NCBI GenBank assembly: GCA_964016885.1
Contig: OZ024743.1
Span: 152,768,001-152,832,000, forward strand
Direction of reading: 5' to 3'
DNA: 64,000 nt
From: Eledone cirrhosa
Lineage: Eukaryota
Position numbers and translations under genes: made by a program. Positions 26,126 to 40,019 of this stretch are shown here, piece after piece. Every line of letters starts with the position of its first letter. Position 1 is the stretch's first letter. The notes under the pieces were generated by a model that was not told where the DNA came from, did no database searches, and was given only the letters and a program-made list of their open reading frames with translations.

Positions 26126-26708
26126 TAGTTAAAAATTATTCATACTTGATAGAAATATAGCATCAAAATTTTGTCTCTGTCAGTAAAATTTTCCACAAAA
26201 ATTGTTAATTTATTCTCATCTAGTTAAAATAAGAGTAAAGTTTTGTTTGATACAAATACTTGATAAAAATAATAAACATATGAAGCAAAGTACAAAACAT
26301 TACTTTTCCTTGATTAATATTTTTGTATGTATTTAAAAACTTACACGCATGTACATTCACATGCACACATCTGTCCACAATAAGTTTTACCTTCTCACTT
26401 TATTCAACTGACTTGCTCAATGTTGGATAAAGGGCTTAATGTTAATGATCCTTAGTAACTTTTCTAGGAAATATTTGACCCTTTATTTTTTAAATTTAAT
26501 TTCATTTATAAGTCCTGGAAGCATTTTCAAGGCTCCTTTCACCAGGCTAAAATGCTTATAACCGAATGGATTTCACTTGAAGCACCCAAGTAACAGTGTT
26601 TAACTGGACGACAGAGTTAGTTCTTTATACACAAAACTACAATATTCTCAACTAAACAATTCACTTATCTTGGACAGAAAAAAAGTATTTGTAAGAAACT
26701 TGACAATG

Positions 26709-26968
26709 TTTTTACACTCAGAGATGCTGAAGCATGGAGCAAACTACCTGCATCCGTTGTTAGCTGCCAAGACACTGCATCCTTTAAAACCTCCATGCTT
26801 TGTGAGATTCTACACCTGATATCCCCCCTCTATACACACGCACACATGTATATCATGACTCATTCACTTTCCTGACATTTGTACATTATTATATGTACTA
26901 TAAATGCACCTTTGATGAGTTGTAGTGCACCTGATCACTGTACACAATCATTTCATTATTATTATTAT
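26709..26968 (+). mobile_element. CR1-type LINE 3' fragment
   Basis: Matches 36066-36460 with a single tail unit and (TTA)n; followed by a SINE fragment at 26970-27070. Confidence 0.85.
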
Positions 26969-28747
26969 AAGCCGAGGTTAACTTTGCCTTTCATCCTTAC
27001 GGGGTCAATAAAATAAAGTACCAGTAATACACTGGGTAATTGCTGGCCTTGTGCCAAAAATAGAAACAATTGTTATTATAATCAAGCAATAAATAGTAAA
27101 AGGAAGTTTATGTTACTATTGTTGTTTTGTCATTAGTCAATCTAAATCAGCCTTCACTAAGCATAGTCTTATGATCAAAGGTGCTCCGACCATGACCATC
27201 TCATTATTCCTAGTGTTTTGTTTTTAAATAAAGCTGTAAGGTGTGATTTCAGGAGATGTGGTTGCTATTTCTAACAGTTTGAGAGACTCCTATAAAAAAT
27301 TTGAAGGATGGTGTTGTTTTTTCTGATACTGGTGCTGATAGAAGAAGAAGAAATAGAAAATTCAGAATTTTGAAAGCAAGCAAACAATTTTTTCATGGTA
27401 ATGAAAAAAGAAAACTTTACATTCAAAACTAGTATTTTGTAAGTAAACGTTATGTGTTAGCATTTTCACTATTTGGAGATATGATTTATAGAGAAAATAT
27501 TTATAAAACATAGTCAATGTTAAATATAAGTGATGTAACAAATAATAGTAAATAAACAAAAAACTTTAAACACAATGCTAAAGTTTCTACCAACATTGAA
27601 ACATATCATTCAAGCTTCATTGATATAATAATGTAAACAAGCTTCATTATTTTTTTTAATAGAATATCAGCATTTTAAAATATAATGACTAAAATGCTGT
27701 CTAAATTATAAGCTGCATTGAGGATATACACTATAACACAATACAAAGGCAACTGGCTCTCTAAATAAAATAAATCTATGAAAATACTGACACTTCTAAC
27801 TAAAAGAATGTATTTTAGAAAATTAATTCACCAAAATTATTGTGAAACAAAAAAATATATATTTTATTGAATAAACTTACTGACAATATTAGAAAACATG
27901 AAGATAACGATTAATTTTATCGAGATAAATATATCAGAAACAGAGGAGAAGTAAATTCTTCTATACATAACTTGTATTGGAATCTTTGCTAGAGTAGACA
28001 CAACATCCAATATGATTTCTCTTGTTTCTCAAGGATTTTCCTAATTTTTTTCTAAAATGAATCTGGCAATTGATTGTAGCATATTCCGAATCGTAATTAT
28101 TGGTTTTCTTTTAAAACATAATTAGTTACGCTCACAAGTTTTGAACTTTTTTCAATAAAATATATAGTTTTATGTAAGTCTTAAAATATTTGCAAGCCTT
28201 GGAATGGAGATCTCTCATTGCCTGATGGTCCATAAAGAAGAAGAAGAAGAAGATGAAGAAGAAGAAGAAGAAGAAGAAGCTCCTTCATTTCTTGCCTTAC
28301 ATGGATGATATATACATATATCCTCATCATCATCATTTTATATACACATCATCACAGTTAAAGTTTGTTCTTATTTGGAGTTACTACCACTCTAGATGAA
28401 TTAGAGGACTATGTATCACTTTCACATTTCAATTTTGGCATGGCTTCTATAACTAGATGTATTTCCTTACACAAACATCTTTACAGAGTGTACTGTGTGT
28501 AGTTGCATCTTGGCACCAGCCCTAGAGAATTTGTTATATCTTTGACAGAATTAATGTGTCTCCTTGAATTTATATTATCTGTTTGGTTACATAATAAAGT
28601 TAATCCTCATTTTAATACACCCTGACTAAACGGATTTGGGATTTAATTGACAAAATAAAGTTAATGCGATACACTAATAAATAGTAATTTAAAAACATGA
28701 AAAAAATGTATTTGGAAAAAGGTGAAGATATAAACTTTCAGGAAAAC

Positions 28748-28824
<77 letters not shown>

Positions 28825-29093
28825 ACTGTTCTGTAGAACAAAATAAAAGGTAGGAGAAAATGAAACATAGAATGATACAAGATGAAGAAACATACAGAAG
28901 AAAATGAGAAATACTAGTGAAGTGGCTGGCTAACAGAATATAGGAGTGTAATAAAGAACAACGAAGTTGAGTGAGTTCATGAGTGATATCATATGAGTAA
29001 GTGAGTAAGAAACTCGATCAGGGAGGAAGTGTGAGAGATATACATAGCCCTTAGGTTATCTGCAGGAAACTTTTCACCTACTTGTTTGTTATG

Positions 29094-31560
29094 ATCATCA
29101 TCACCGTTTTACGTCCGTTCTTCCACGCTAGCATGGGTCAGACGGGTTGTCCTGTTGTGGGCAGTGTCTGGTCGGCTGACCATGCCTTGCTCATACAGGA
29201 ACTGATTTGGCTTGATTTCTACAGCTGGATGCCCTTTCTAACACCAACCTCATTTACAGTGAGTGCTGGGTGCTTTTTCGTGGCGCCTACACGTCCACTT
29301 TACAGTGTGGGCTGGGTGCTTTTTTGCCGTGGCACCTCCACGTCCACCTTGCGGTGGGGAGTGTGGGGGCATATTGTCTATATGCTTCAGCTTGTGCCCA
29401 TGGGAGGTCGGGTACTCTGTATTACTGCATGACGCCAGAGGTCATGGTCGTGTCTCATTGCCTTTGAGAGGTGTAATTGGGTAAGGTCGGCTTTTATCAC
29501 CTCATCCCAGGTCATCTTGGCTCTCCCCACTCTCCGCGGTTTCCATCGACTTCTAGTGCTCTGCACCTTTTTATGCAGCTGTCATCCTTCATACGCATCA
29601 CATGTCCATACCAGCGCAACTGCCTCTCCTGCACACAGCATTTGATTCCTCTTATGCTCAGTCTCTCTCTCAATTCATTTATGCTTTGTCGTTCACGTAT
29701 ATTACTGTTACACATCCATCGGAGCATGCAGGCTTCGTTTCTCTCTAATCTACGTAAGTCTTCTACCTTCAGCGCCCAGGTCTCACTACCATGCAACATC
29801 GCTGTTCGGATACACGCATCATACAGTCTGCCTTTCATTCTGAGGGAGAAGCCTTTTGCAGCTAGCAGTGGTAGTAGTTCCCTAAACTTCTTCCATCCCG
29901 TTCTTACCCTAGTTATTCTACTTTCTGAACACCCACCTCTGCTGCTAATTCGGTCACCTAGGTAGCAGAAGCTGTCTACTGTTTCTACAGAGCCCACCCA
30001 GAGATTGGTGGTACTTGTTTCCTGTGGCTGTTTGCTGCTTGCTGTCCCAGCACAGCTGCTGCATGTGAAGCCTACATTCTTAATTAAGCTTCCTGAAATC
30101 CCGCTACATCTCTTGTGTACCCATTGTTTGCATTTGGGGCAGATAATGGAGTTCCTACCTACACCTTTCCTACATACTGAGCAAGGCCATTTCCCTGAGG
30201 GGATCTGGGTTCTGTTTTCTCGTCTACTTACAAGGACCTTAGTCTTTGTCATGTTGACTTTGAGACACTTTCTTTCTAGTCCCTGCTTCCAAGTTTGGAA
30301 TTTCTTCTCTAGTTCTACCATAGATTCAGCTATAAGTGTGAGGTCATCAGCATACAGGAGTTCCCATGGGCATCCGGTCTTAAACTCCTCCGTTATTGCC
30401 TGCAGGACTATGATGAACAGGAGGAGGCTAAGAACAGAGCCCTGGTGGACCCCAACCTGTACGCTAAATTCCTCGCTATACTCATTGCTAATCCTAACTT
30501 TGCCGACTGCTCCCTTATACATGGCTTTTACCGCTTTCACAAGCCATTCATCTACTCCTAGTTTTCTAAGAGCCCACCAGATTACAACACGTGGAACTCT
30601 GTCAAAGGCTTTCTCAAGGTCGACAAATGCCAAGTAGTGTGGCTCACTTTTAGCTAGGTACTTTTCCTGTAACTGCCTCACAAAGAAGAGGGCATCAGTG
30701 GTGCCTCTTCCTGGTACAAACCCAAATTGCATCTCATCTATTTTCACCTGGTCCTTAAAAAACTGTGCTATAACTCTTTCTGTTACTTTCATGACTTTCA
30801 TGTCCATCAACTTTATACCTCTATAGTTTCCTCTATCTAGTGCATCACCTTTACCTTTGTAGCAGTTGACAATGATGCTACTGCACCAATCTTTTGGTAT
30901 GACACCTTCTAGTATTACCTGGTTAACTATACGTGTGGTTATAGTGTGACCTACAGACCCAGATGCCTTCAGTATCTCGGCAGCTATACCCAATGGACCG
31001 GTTGCCTTCCCCATCTTCATATCTTTGATTGCCTTACTTACTACGTTGCTGCTGACTTGTACTGCTGGCCCCTCTATAGGGTCTACTTGGGGTAGGGTCT
31101 CTTCTTCCCATGCATTCTCCTCATTTAGTAATTTATCATAATGACTCTTCCATGCATCTTTCTTCTCAGCACTTGTGAGGGCAAGCTCACCTTTATCATT
31201 CCGGATACACTTCTCTCCAATGACATCACAACTCTCTCTGACTCACTGCCTCGCAATCTTGAACACCTCCTGTTTCTGGTCCTCATGTTGCAAAACATGC
31301 TTGAATTTTCTATCCTCTGCTTCCCTCCTAGCTAAGTATACTTGTCGCCTAGCTTCCCTCTTGGTCTCTATGTAATGTACCCTGCTCCCCCCGTTCTTCC
31401 AGTCTTTTCATGCTGTCTCTTGGCCTTAACTGCCTCATCTACCTTATTGTTCCACCACCAAGTCACTCTCCTCCTGCTTGAGGTCTTACTCTAGCCACAG
31501 ACCTCATCCGTCGCCTCTAGTAAATTATTTTTTAGCAACTCCCAGTTCTCTTCTACATTG
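29094..31560 (-). mobile_element. RTE LINE, 5'-truncated
   Basis: Reverse complement of the 14056 family; (CAT)n tail at 29094. Confidence 0.95.
29512..31020 (-). pseudogene. RTE reverse transcriptase plus C4HC3 finger, 502-aa open frame
   Basis: NYRGIKL, QFGF, AFD, QGSVLS, YADD, WPCSVC..CPKC..WVHKRC..CSSC; no endonuclease domain. Confidence 0.9.
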
Positions 31561-31642
31561 AGTTCTCTTCTACATATATATATATATATACTGTAGTATA
31601 AGTTTGGTAGAAATATCCGTCCATAGGATGAGTTTGGCATAA

Positions 31643-31758
31643 ATAGTTACAATAGTGACATAAATAGGTACTTAAGTTTCGTTGGGTTCAGGCTGAATGA
31701 CTTGGTACCCAGAATCCAACGAAACTTAAGTACCAATTTCTATCACTTTTGTAACTAT
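31643..31758. repeat. Short inverted repeat (31643-31689 / 31712-31758) holding HHR 3' halves
   Basis: GAAA-CTTAAG-TA in both arms; flanked by (TA)n. Confidence 0.75.
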
Positions 31759-33329
31759 ATATATATATATATATTTAGTTACAACAATATATATATAAAT
31801 ATTATTTTCATTAAAACAACAGGACACCAGACTGGTGTCATTTTAATCAAAATAATAATTAACTCCGTTCCTTCACCACCAACAGGACTCAACATCAAAG
31901 ATGGATAAGTTGCGTAAAGTTGAGTTCTTTTCCTACTATTACATCTTGGTTAAATATACACAATGAACAGAGTTCTATCCAGTGGCAAACCACCAAACTT
32001 AAATATATATATATCGTTTTTAATTGTTTGGTATGCAAATGAGGCTAATCAAGCGAAGTATACTTTAGAAAATACTATATATTTTCAACTGTTCAATCGA
32101 GTGGCATAGAAATATACAGTCCTGCTGCCGAACAAACGGATGGCGATAGCCATCAGGGCACAGCATAGCTTTGTAAGGCTATTTGCTTGCAAACGAATCG
32201 AATATTATTATTATTTGATATAACCCATGGCTACGTGTGTGTATATATATGTGTATATGTGTACATATAAATATACATATGTATAAGTTGTACAAGAATG
32301 TTGTTTATCTTAGTTGTTACATAGTAAGTCCTGAAGATAAGTCCTAGCGATCCAAAGCACTAAACGCCAGTAGCTTATCCCATGTTTATGCTCGCAGTCA
32401 TCAATGTCAGTACTTGCACATGTTTATGTAAAGATGCATGCGTTTGGATTAATATGCAATATTATAGGTGATATATGTTACTGTTTTCTTTTATTAAATA
32501 ATATATTTTTGTGTATGGATTATTATACAATAATACATATAATATACATTACTATATTCTTATATTATTATATGTTTTCATCAATACCAGGATGTCTAGT
32601 ACCATTATTATCAATATAACTGTTATAATTATCTTTACCTTTATAACTAGTTGGGCAACCATCATTATCACTACACATATGCCTGATATAAGGACCTATA
32701 CATATAGCTAATATGTTTCTCTCTATATATACTCATATATCTTTTATATTTTCTTACTTTCTTTTATATTTTTATATATCTATATTTCTATATTATTGTA
32801 TCCCATATTTTCTTACATTACCATTTATTTTTTATTTTCATGTTTTTTTTTAATGTTTTTTAAAAAGGTTTTTTAATATTTGTTTGAAATATTTACTAAT
32901 ACCTTTAGGTATTTAAAAAAAAGTTTCTTTAAATATATATTTATATTTTTTTTATATTTATATATCTATATTTTTATATTTTAAAAAGTTTAATACTTTC
33001 TTATATTTTTTTATACATATTCCTTATATATTCCCTATATGTTTATTTTTTTATAGGTATTACATTAATATTCTCTATATTTTCTTTACATTTTATCCCC
33101 TTATAATTTTGCCAATCAAGCTCCATCCTATAAACTATATTACTTTAATTTATATGTACGTATATATGTATGTGTGTACAGTATATGGGTATATACATAT
33201 GGTGTATACATAATGTTCAAATATTAGGTAGTATGGGCTCGACATAACCAATGCTGGAACCAAAATTGTTGTTGTTATTTTCGATGGTGTAAGAAAATAT
33301 ATGAAAATATGTGATCTACCCGCAATAAC

Positions 33330-36300
33330 TGGCAATGTAAAAACTGCTACAACTCTGGGAAACTAAACCAGAACAACCTGCCACCCTCTACACACCATCA
33401 TAAACTGCGAGCAGGGTACAAATTGTTGTCATTAAATGCTCGCAGTTTATGCAACAAGATACATCTGTTCGAATCCTACGTCAGAAGCATCGACCCTGAC
33501 TTCATCACAGTCACGGAAACATGGGCACATTCCTTACTCTGTGATGGGGTTTTCACCATTACTGGGTACAACCTTTTCCGCAAGGACCGCATTAACCGCC
33601 GTGGTGGTGGTGTGATGGTCTACGTTCGTTCAAACTTTTCGGTAATTCCTTGCGTTGATTTGAACGAATCACAGGAAGAAGTTTTTTTCTGTGACATACG
33701 TATGACCATGTCAACACTTCTGCTTGGTGTTGTTTATCGCCCCCCAAACTACCATCAGGACACACAGCTTTGCGATATCCTCAGAGTTGCTGCCAAGAAA
33801 ACAGCCACTTATGTGTTTATTGCAGGTGACTTCAATCATCCTGAGATCGATTGGGAAACCTTTCGTTGGCCACAGGGTGCAAACGATTTCCTTGAACTAG
33901 TGCTGGACTCAAACTGGTCACAAGTAGTCACCTCTCCAACAAGAGGTGACAACACTTTGGACCTGATCTTCACCACTACTCCTGAAGTGGTTATCAGTTG
34001 TACTACTGAGGAACCTCTAGGCGACTCTGATCATGCTATGATCATTGCCAATCTGGCACTTGAGGGCAGCAACAAAAACCAGGGCCATCTCCAATCTGCT
34101 TGCTTTGATTGGAAGAGGGCGGATTGGAACTTGTACTGCACTGAGCTACAGCGCCCAAACTGGCATGAGATGTATAACTATGGAGATGTGAACTCTATAC
34201 TCCAGAGCATCCTGGACTCAATATGGATAGCGTGTGCAGCATCAGTGCCACGGAAGCGGAAAAATAACCACCCCAAAAGTGCAATCTGGGAAACTTCAGC
34301 GGTCCGACTTGCCAGGAAAGAACGTCGGAACGCTGAACGGGAATATAAACTGCATAGATCAGATGCCAACAGAAAAAAGCGGAATAAATCTTCTAACCAT
34401 CTCAAGCAAGTGACAAAGAAGGCAGTGCTTGAATTTGAACAGTGCATCGCAACGAATCCTGACAGTAAGGTGTTCTGGAAATATGTTCATTCAAAGCAGA
34501 GACCTCACTCTCCAGTTGGTCCTCTTCGCAATCCCCACACAAGCCAGATCACTGACGATCCTAAGGAATGCGCAGAACTCATTGCTGAGTGCTATGCAAG
34601 TATTTTTACTGTTGAAAACCAGAATGTACCATCTCCACCATCTCTAACATCAAATTCCATAACAACTATGGAATTTACACCTGCAATGTTGCGACGTCAC
34701 CTTAAGAATAAGCGCAACTATGCCTCCCCTGGTCTTGATGGTGTGACATACCTGCTTCTCAAACGTGGCGGGGATTTCCTTTTGCGCCAGCTTTCTTTTT
34801 TCTTTCAATACTGTCTCAGCAATGGTGCTACTCCGGAGCAGTGGAAAACTGCCAGTGTCATTCCCCTGTTCAAAAAGGGCAACCGCATGTCACCTGTCAA
34901 CTATCGTCCAGTCAGTCTTACTAGCTGTATGGCCAAACTGATGGAATCCTGTGTCAGAGAAACACTTTGGAACTTCTGGAGCTCTCACAGCCTCATCCGG
35001 CCCTCACAGTTTGGATTTATCCCTAACTCCAGCTGCTGTGATCAGCTTATCGAGTTCCTTGAGGACATCACCCGGATCACTGACAGCGGCTCATGGGTGG
35101 ATGTTGTTTACCTTGACTTTGCTAAGGCTTTTAATTCTGTGCCACACAAAAGACTTATGGCAAAACTCTCTGCAATGGGTGTGAGGGATGATCTTTTCGA
35201 CTGGCTGAAATCCTTCATTCTCAGCCGAAAGGAAGTAGTCACGGTTCTAGGACAGCATTCTTCACCATATGAGATGTCATCTGGTGTACCACAGGGATCT
35301 GTTCTTGGTCCTCTTTTGTTTGTGGCATATATTAATGACATAGATGCCAACTTACAGAATGCCACGGTACTAAAATATGCAGATGACATCAAGCTGTACC
35401 TTGAAATCAAAAGGACTGATCCTGAAATTTACAACTCTTTCCTACAATCAGACCTGGACACAATGCAGCAATGGATCACAGACTGGCAACTGAAGCTGGC
35501 TGTGGACAAGTGTACCACCATGCATTTTGGAAGGAAAAATCCAGCGTCCACATACTCCCTCCACAACACTGACATCAAAAAGTCCTCTTGTGAACGTGAC
35601 CTGGGCATTACTGTCAGCAACGATTTGCGTTGGACAAAGCATGTCTCTAAGATTGTCAAGAAGGCCGAGGGTGTCTTGGCATCACTCAGCAAGACCTTTG
35701 TTAGCCGCTCTCCAGCCATCTATTTAAAACTGTATACAGCTATGGTGCGACCACACTTGGAATTCGCATCATCAGTCTGGAACCCCTATCTTGCTCGGAA
35801 CATTGAACTCCTGGAAACTGTTCAGAGACGTGCAACCAAGCGCATACCCTCCATCAGACACCTACCATACTCTGAACGCTTTGCTTCCCTGGGCATGGAT
35901 TCATTGAAGCTCCGACGTCTGGCAATGGACTTGGTGAATACCCACAAAGTTTTTAACCATCTCGCCAACTGCAACCCTGAGCGCCTCTTTGATCTCCATG
36001 TCTAACACACGTGGACATGCCTACAAGATAAGAAAACAGCACAGCTCCCATGACTTTCGCAGACATTTTTTCACGCTCAGAGTTGCTGAAGCATGGAACA
36101 AACTACCTGCGTCAATTGTTAGCTGCCGAGACACTGCATCCTTTAAGACACTCATGCTTCCCGAAATACGCCAAAACTACACCTGATGTGCCCCTTCCAT
36201 ACACATGCACACATGTGTGCACTGTTCATTTTACTGATGTTTGTGCATTGCCCTATGTACTGTACATGCACTTTTTTGATGGGTTGTGGTGCACCTGGGC

Positions 36301-36460
36301 ACTGTGCACAATATTTCATTATTGTTATTGTTATTATATCATGACTCATACACTGTTTATTTTCCTGACATTTGTACATTATTCTATGTACTATACATGC
36401 ACCTTTGATGAGTTGTAGTGCACCTGAGCACTGTACACAATAATTTCATTATTATTATTA
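33330..36460 (+). mobile_element. CR1-clade LINE, 5'-truncated just upstream of ORF2
   Basis: APE plus RT ORF, duplicated 3' stem-loop unit, (TTA)n tail. Confidence 0.9.
33423..36186 (+). CDS. LINE ORF2 (AP endonuclease plus reverse transcriptase), one frameshift near 36000
   Basis: NARS, VTETW, GDFN, LDL, SDH; NYRPVSLTS, QFGF, YLDFAKAF, GVPQGSVLGP, YADD, VRPHLEF; C-terminus TRGH..FFTLRV..WN in the next frame; no ATG start seen. Confidence 0.9.
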
Positions 36461-36746
36461 TATGTCCCTGTCTGTACATGTGGAAATACGTGGAAATATA
36501 CACTTATGCATATCTATGAATGTACATTCGAATATCTGTACTTATATAAACATGTAGATGTCTGTATGTCTCTATGTGGGTTATGTATCTGTATATATAT
36601 ATATATATAAGTGTGGGTGAATAACTATATTTACATTATATTCTAACACCACTATCATCGTCTTATATAAGGAAACATTGCTGTTACTGTTGCCAAAACA
36701 AGATGGTGTAGGACAGAACAAAGGAGAGACACAAAATAAAAACCCA

Positions 36747-36789
36747 GTCACTGAGGAGTTCCCAGAATGTGTTACGAAAGAGCTTTGAC
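36747..36789 (+). ncRNA. Degenerate minimal hammerhead (13851 family)
   Basis: GUCA-CUGAGGA-(decayed stem II)-GAAA-GAGC-UU-UGAC. Confidence 0.55.
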
Positions 36790-37120
36790 AATATATAAAC
36801 AACCATCTGGTTATCGAACCAACCAACCAACCGGAAATTTATAATAAATTGAAGTGAAAACCAACAGGGGCATGTGTTTTTATTGGCAGCATGACCCTCC
36901 CAAAGTATAACAATATCTGTTTCAACATATGTTTTCAGATAAGAAATCTTGCAAAACAAATAAAAAAAATGAAGTATATATATATATAAATGCAAGAAAA
37001 TTTCAATGATACGAAAGATTTCCTGGTGGAAGTTCAAGTATACTCCAGGTTGGTATCCAATTAGAAATTCCAATGAATTTTGAGAGGTCCATGTAAGCAT
37101 TGATATATATATATGTATGT

Positions 37121-37572
37121 AAAAGGTAAACAGAAATAACAACACAATCGGTACAGTATATGGAAGGGATATATTAAGTTAACGCTTGATATAGCAGGAA
37201 GAGGTTCTTACGTTAGTCTTTCATCAGAAGAAAGAATGAGAAATAAGATAGATTGAGGGGCCAGGCAGGCTGAAATTGGAAAAATGTCTTGAGATTGGGC
37301 ATATTGAAGGTACTAGGGTGGGAGTGAAAAATAGACGGGTGAGAAGAAGAAGGTGGTGTAAGAAGATTATAGGAGAGCCCGGAGTACACTTGAACTTTCG
37401 TATCATTGAAATTATCTTTGCTTCTTGCATTTAAATATTCCACGACTCTCTACCACTTTTCCTCTACTAGCGTCCGAAACGTTAAGACCCTCTTCCTGCT
37501 ATATCAAGCATTAACCTAATATATCCCTTCCATATACTGTACCGATTGTGTTGTTATTTCTGTTTACCTTTT
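37121..37572. repeat. Inverted repeat (37121-37214 / 37478-37572) with complementary HHR remnants
   Basis: ~94-bp arms; minus copy keeps TCTT-CTGATGA, plus copy keeps CC-GAAA-CG-TT-AAGA. Confidence 0.8.
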
Positions 37573-37573
37573 C

Positions 37574-38177
37574 GGTCACGTGATGCGCATGAAAGACGAC
37601 AGCTGTATAAAAAAATGCAGGGCAATCAAAATAGACGGAAGCTACGGAGTAGGTAGACCCAGAAAAACCTGGGACAACTTGATAAATTCTGACCTTACAC
37701 ACTTGCACTTCTCCAAGACAACGTCACTGGACCGAGATCTTTGGCGTTACACAGTAATACAGAAGACCCGCCTTACCTAAGTACATAGCGAAACCTACAG
37801 TCAGTAGGCACCTCTTAACCAAAATACACCCCATCTCACTACCCTACCCCCAACCCCATCTACACGATCCCTCTTGATGTAAAGTTATGTTGGTACCACA
37901 ACATCCAGTCCTAAATAAATGAGGTCGTGTAGGTGTCACAACAAAAAAACACACAGTCCACGCTGTAATGTGGCCATGTAGATAACATGGTAAAAACCTC
38001 CCAGTCCACACTGTAAACGTGGTTGGTGTTAGGAAGAGCATCCAGCCATAGAAAACCTGCCAGACAGTCCTACACGAGCAAGACAACCAATCTTGCCTCA
38101 AGTGGGACAATTCCCGTCTAAACCCATGCTAGCGTGGAAGATAGATGTTAAACAATGATGATAATGATGATGATGAT
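37574..38177 (+). mobile_element. RTE 3' end (second family)
   Basis: GHVMRMKDDSCIKKC..GRPRKTW; 3' UTR like 49440-49847; (GAT)n. Confidence 0.9.
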
Positions 38178-38197
38178 ATATATATGTGTGTGTATAC

Positions 38198-38237
<40 letters not shown>

Positions 38238-38466
38238 ATAATTATGTATATATGTAAGTCAGAGAAAAGTCGAAAGGAAATTGTTTTGGTTTTTTAAACT
38301 ATCAAAAGTAGGTGGTAAATTTTGGGGGAAATTATAGATTCGACAAACAAAGAAATTGTTGAAGAGGGTAAAGCATACTTCCATGCATATTCATAATAAT
38401 GCAGTCGGATAAGAAATGTGAACAAAAATATTTTCTTTTTTCTTGGTCATTTTTCATATATTATAA

Positions 38467-38650
38467 TTGTTTCTACTTTTGGCACAAGGCCAGCAATTAT
38501 CCCAGTGTATTACTGGTACTTTATTTTATCGACCCCCGTAAGGATAAAAGGCAAAGTTAACCTCGGCGGAATTTGAACTCAGTCCGTAAAGGGACGTAAC
38601 TGTTCTGCAAAGCATGGCATCTGACCCTCTACCGATACTGCCAATCCACC
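38467..38650 (-). mobile_element. Meta-like tRNA SINE
   Basis: Same family as 2383-2560. Confidence 0.8.
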
Positions 38651-39184
38651 GCTATTTTCATAATGGCAATGAAAAAACTACTGTTTACAATCATACTTTT
38701 AGGATTTTGTCTACATTCTCACTCAGTTTTCTTTCTCTCACAGAAACACAAATATATTTAGCACAGTTTTTTGTTAGGAATGACAAAAAAGGAAATAATT
38801 GTAATTACTAATTAAATAGGGAAAATTATTTCTCAATAAATAACACACACACAAAACATGCATATATAAACAATATTCATGCACACACACACATACATAT
38901 ATTGAACAAAGAAAGAGATAAATATATTTACAGAGAGGGAGAAATAGAGGGGGAGAAAGAGAATGACAACAATGGACAAGAAAAAATTGGAAGGGAGGCA
39001 ACGAGAAAAAAAGATAGACAGATTAAGAGAGCCAGAAAGCTGCCAGTCAGTCTGCCTTCTTTGTTTTCATTTATATATGAAAGTCTGTCTGTCCTTTATT
39101 GGTTACATTACATCAGTCACAAGCAAGTCTGCAAAATATGTAGGCAGGCCCCTTCATAAATCTTCATTAGAAACGTCAAGCCAT

Positions 39185-39445
39185 TAAATATATCTATGTT
39201 AGGTAATTTACATTAGACGAAGTGGTCATTGACCAGCGAACAAGTTCGCTGAACATCTACAGGACAACCGGTGCGACAACCGATATTTCTATTCTGCCAC
39301 ATACTCCATCCACCACCTCACTGTTTTCCACCTAACTACTTGCTCCAGACACCAGACTCACACTTGAGGAAAAAGCAGCACATTGTTTTTTTTCTCCAGA
39401 CCTGGAGTGGAAACGGCATTGACTCTCTACTCCACTTCATTTAGC
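39185..39445 (+). pseudogene. Degraded GIY-YIG endonuclease remnant (PLE)
   Basis: YIRRSGH*PANKFAEHL and LQTWSGNGID resemble YIGxTGR..RFxEH and LxTxxPxGLN. Confidence 0.45.
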
Positions 39446-40019
39446 CTTTCCCATCATGCACTTACCCATCTCACATGCTCCCACTTTAATGACACACCCA
39501 CTCACACCTAGGCACACAAACTCAACTAATTAGTTACACCAACACGATCATAGACAAATACATACATTATATTTTGCTAACACTATTAATTAACTAAGTA
39601 ATCATACTAACACGTCTAACCACACTGAAACATTCACATTGCATGCCTTTCTGCCAGTACACACCACCACCACAACTCGCCATCTCATTTTCTGCTGCAT
39701 CACAACACTTTCAGCCCATATCATTTCCGTTATTTGCGCGCCACACACAACCACCCACTCGCACCTCCTCTGACCACTTCCTGAAATAGGCCAGCCTTCA
39801 CTACTAACCCGCATGCCGTTGTCACTCGCAAGACCAAAATTCTTATGAAACACCGATAAATACATCCATACAAGCTTCTCCACATAAAAACATTCACATT
39901 CACAAACCAACTACCACATAAACACAAACACATTAACGGGCACACACATACGCATACATGTATATGTGTTTGTGTGTATAAATGTAGAAAAAGAATCCTC
40001 AAATGTAGAAAAAGAATCC

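Noticed and set aside
29477-30637. Long ORFs opposite RTE RT (also 14328-14960, 24457-25116, 47720-48856)
   Set aside because: Antisense shadows of LINE coding sequence
32325-32385. AGTC-CTGAAGA-TAAG..CTTA, possible HHR 5' half
   Set aside because: No GAAA or 3' strand follows; cannot be supported
32700-33120. Strongly T-skewed low-complexity tract (also 50080-50450)
   Set aside because: Resembles PLE 3' UTR composition but no diagnostic motif
36404-36445. TTGATGA followed by a stem-loop in the CR1 tail, resembling a hammerhead
   Set aside because: No GAAA, stem III or stem I; better explained as the LINE 3' stem-loop
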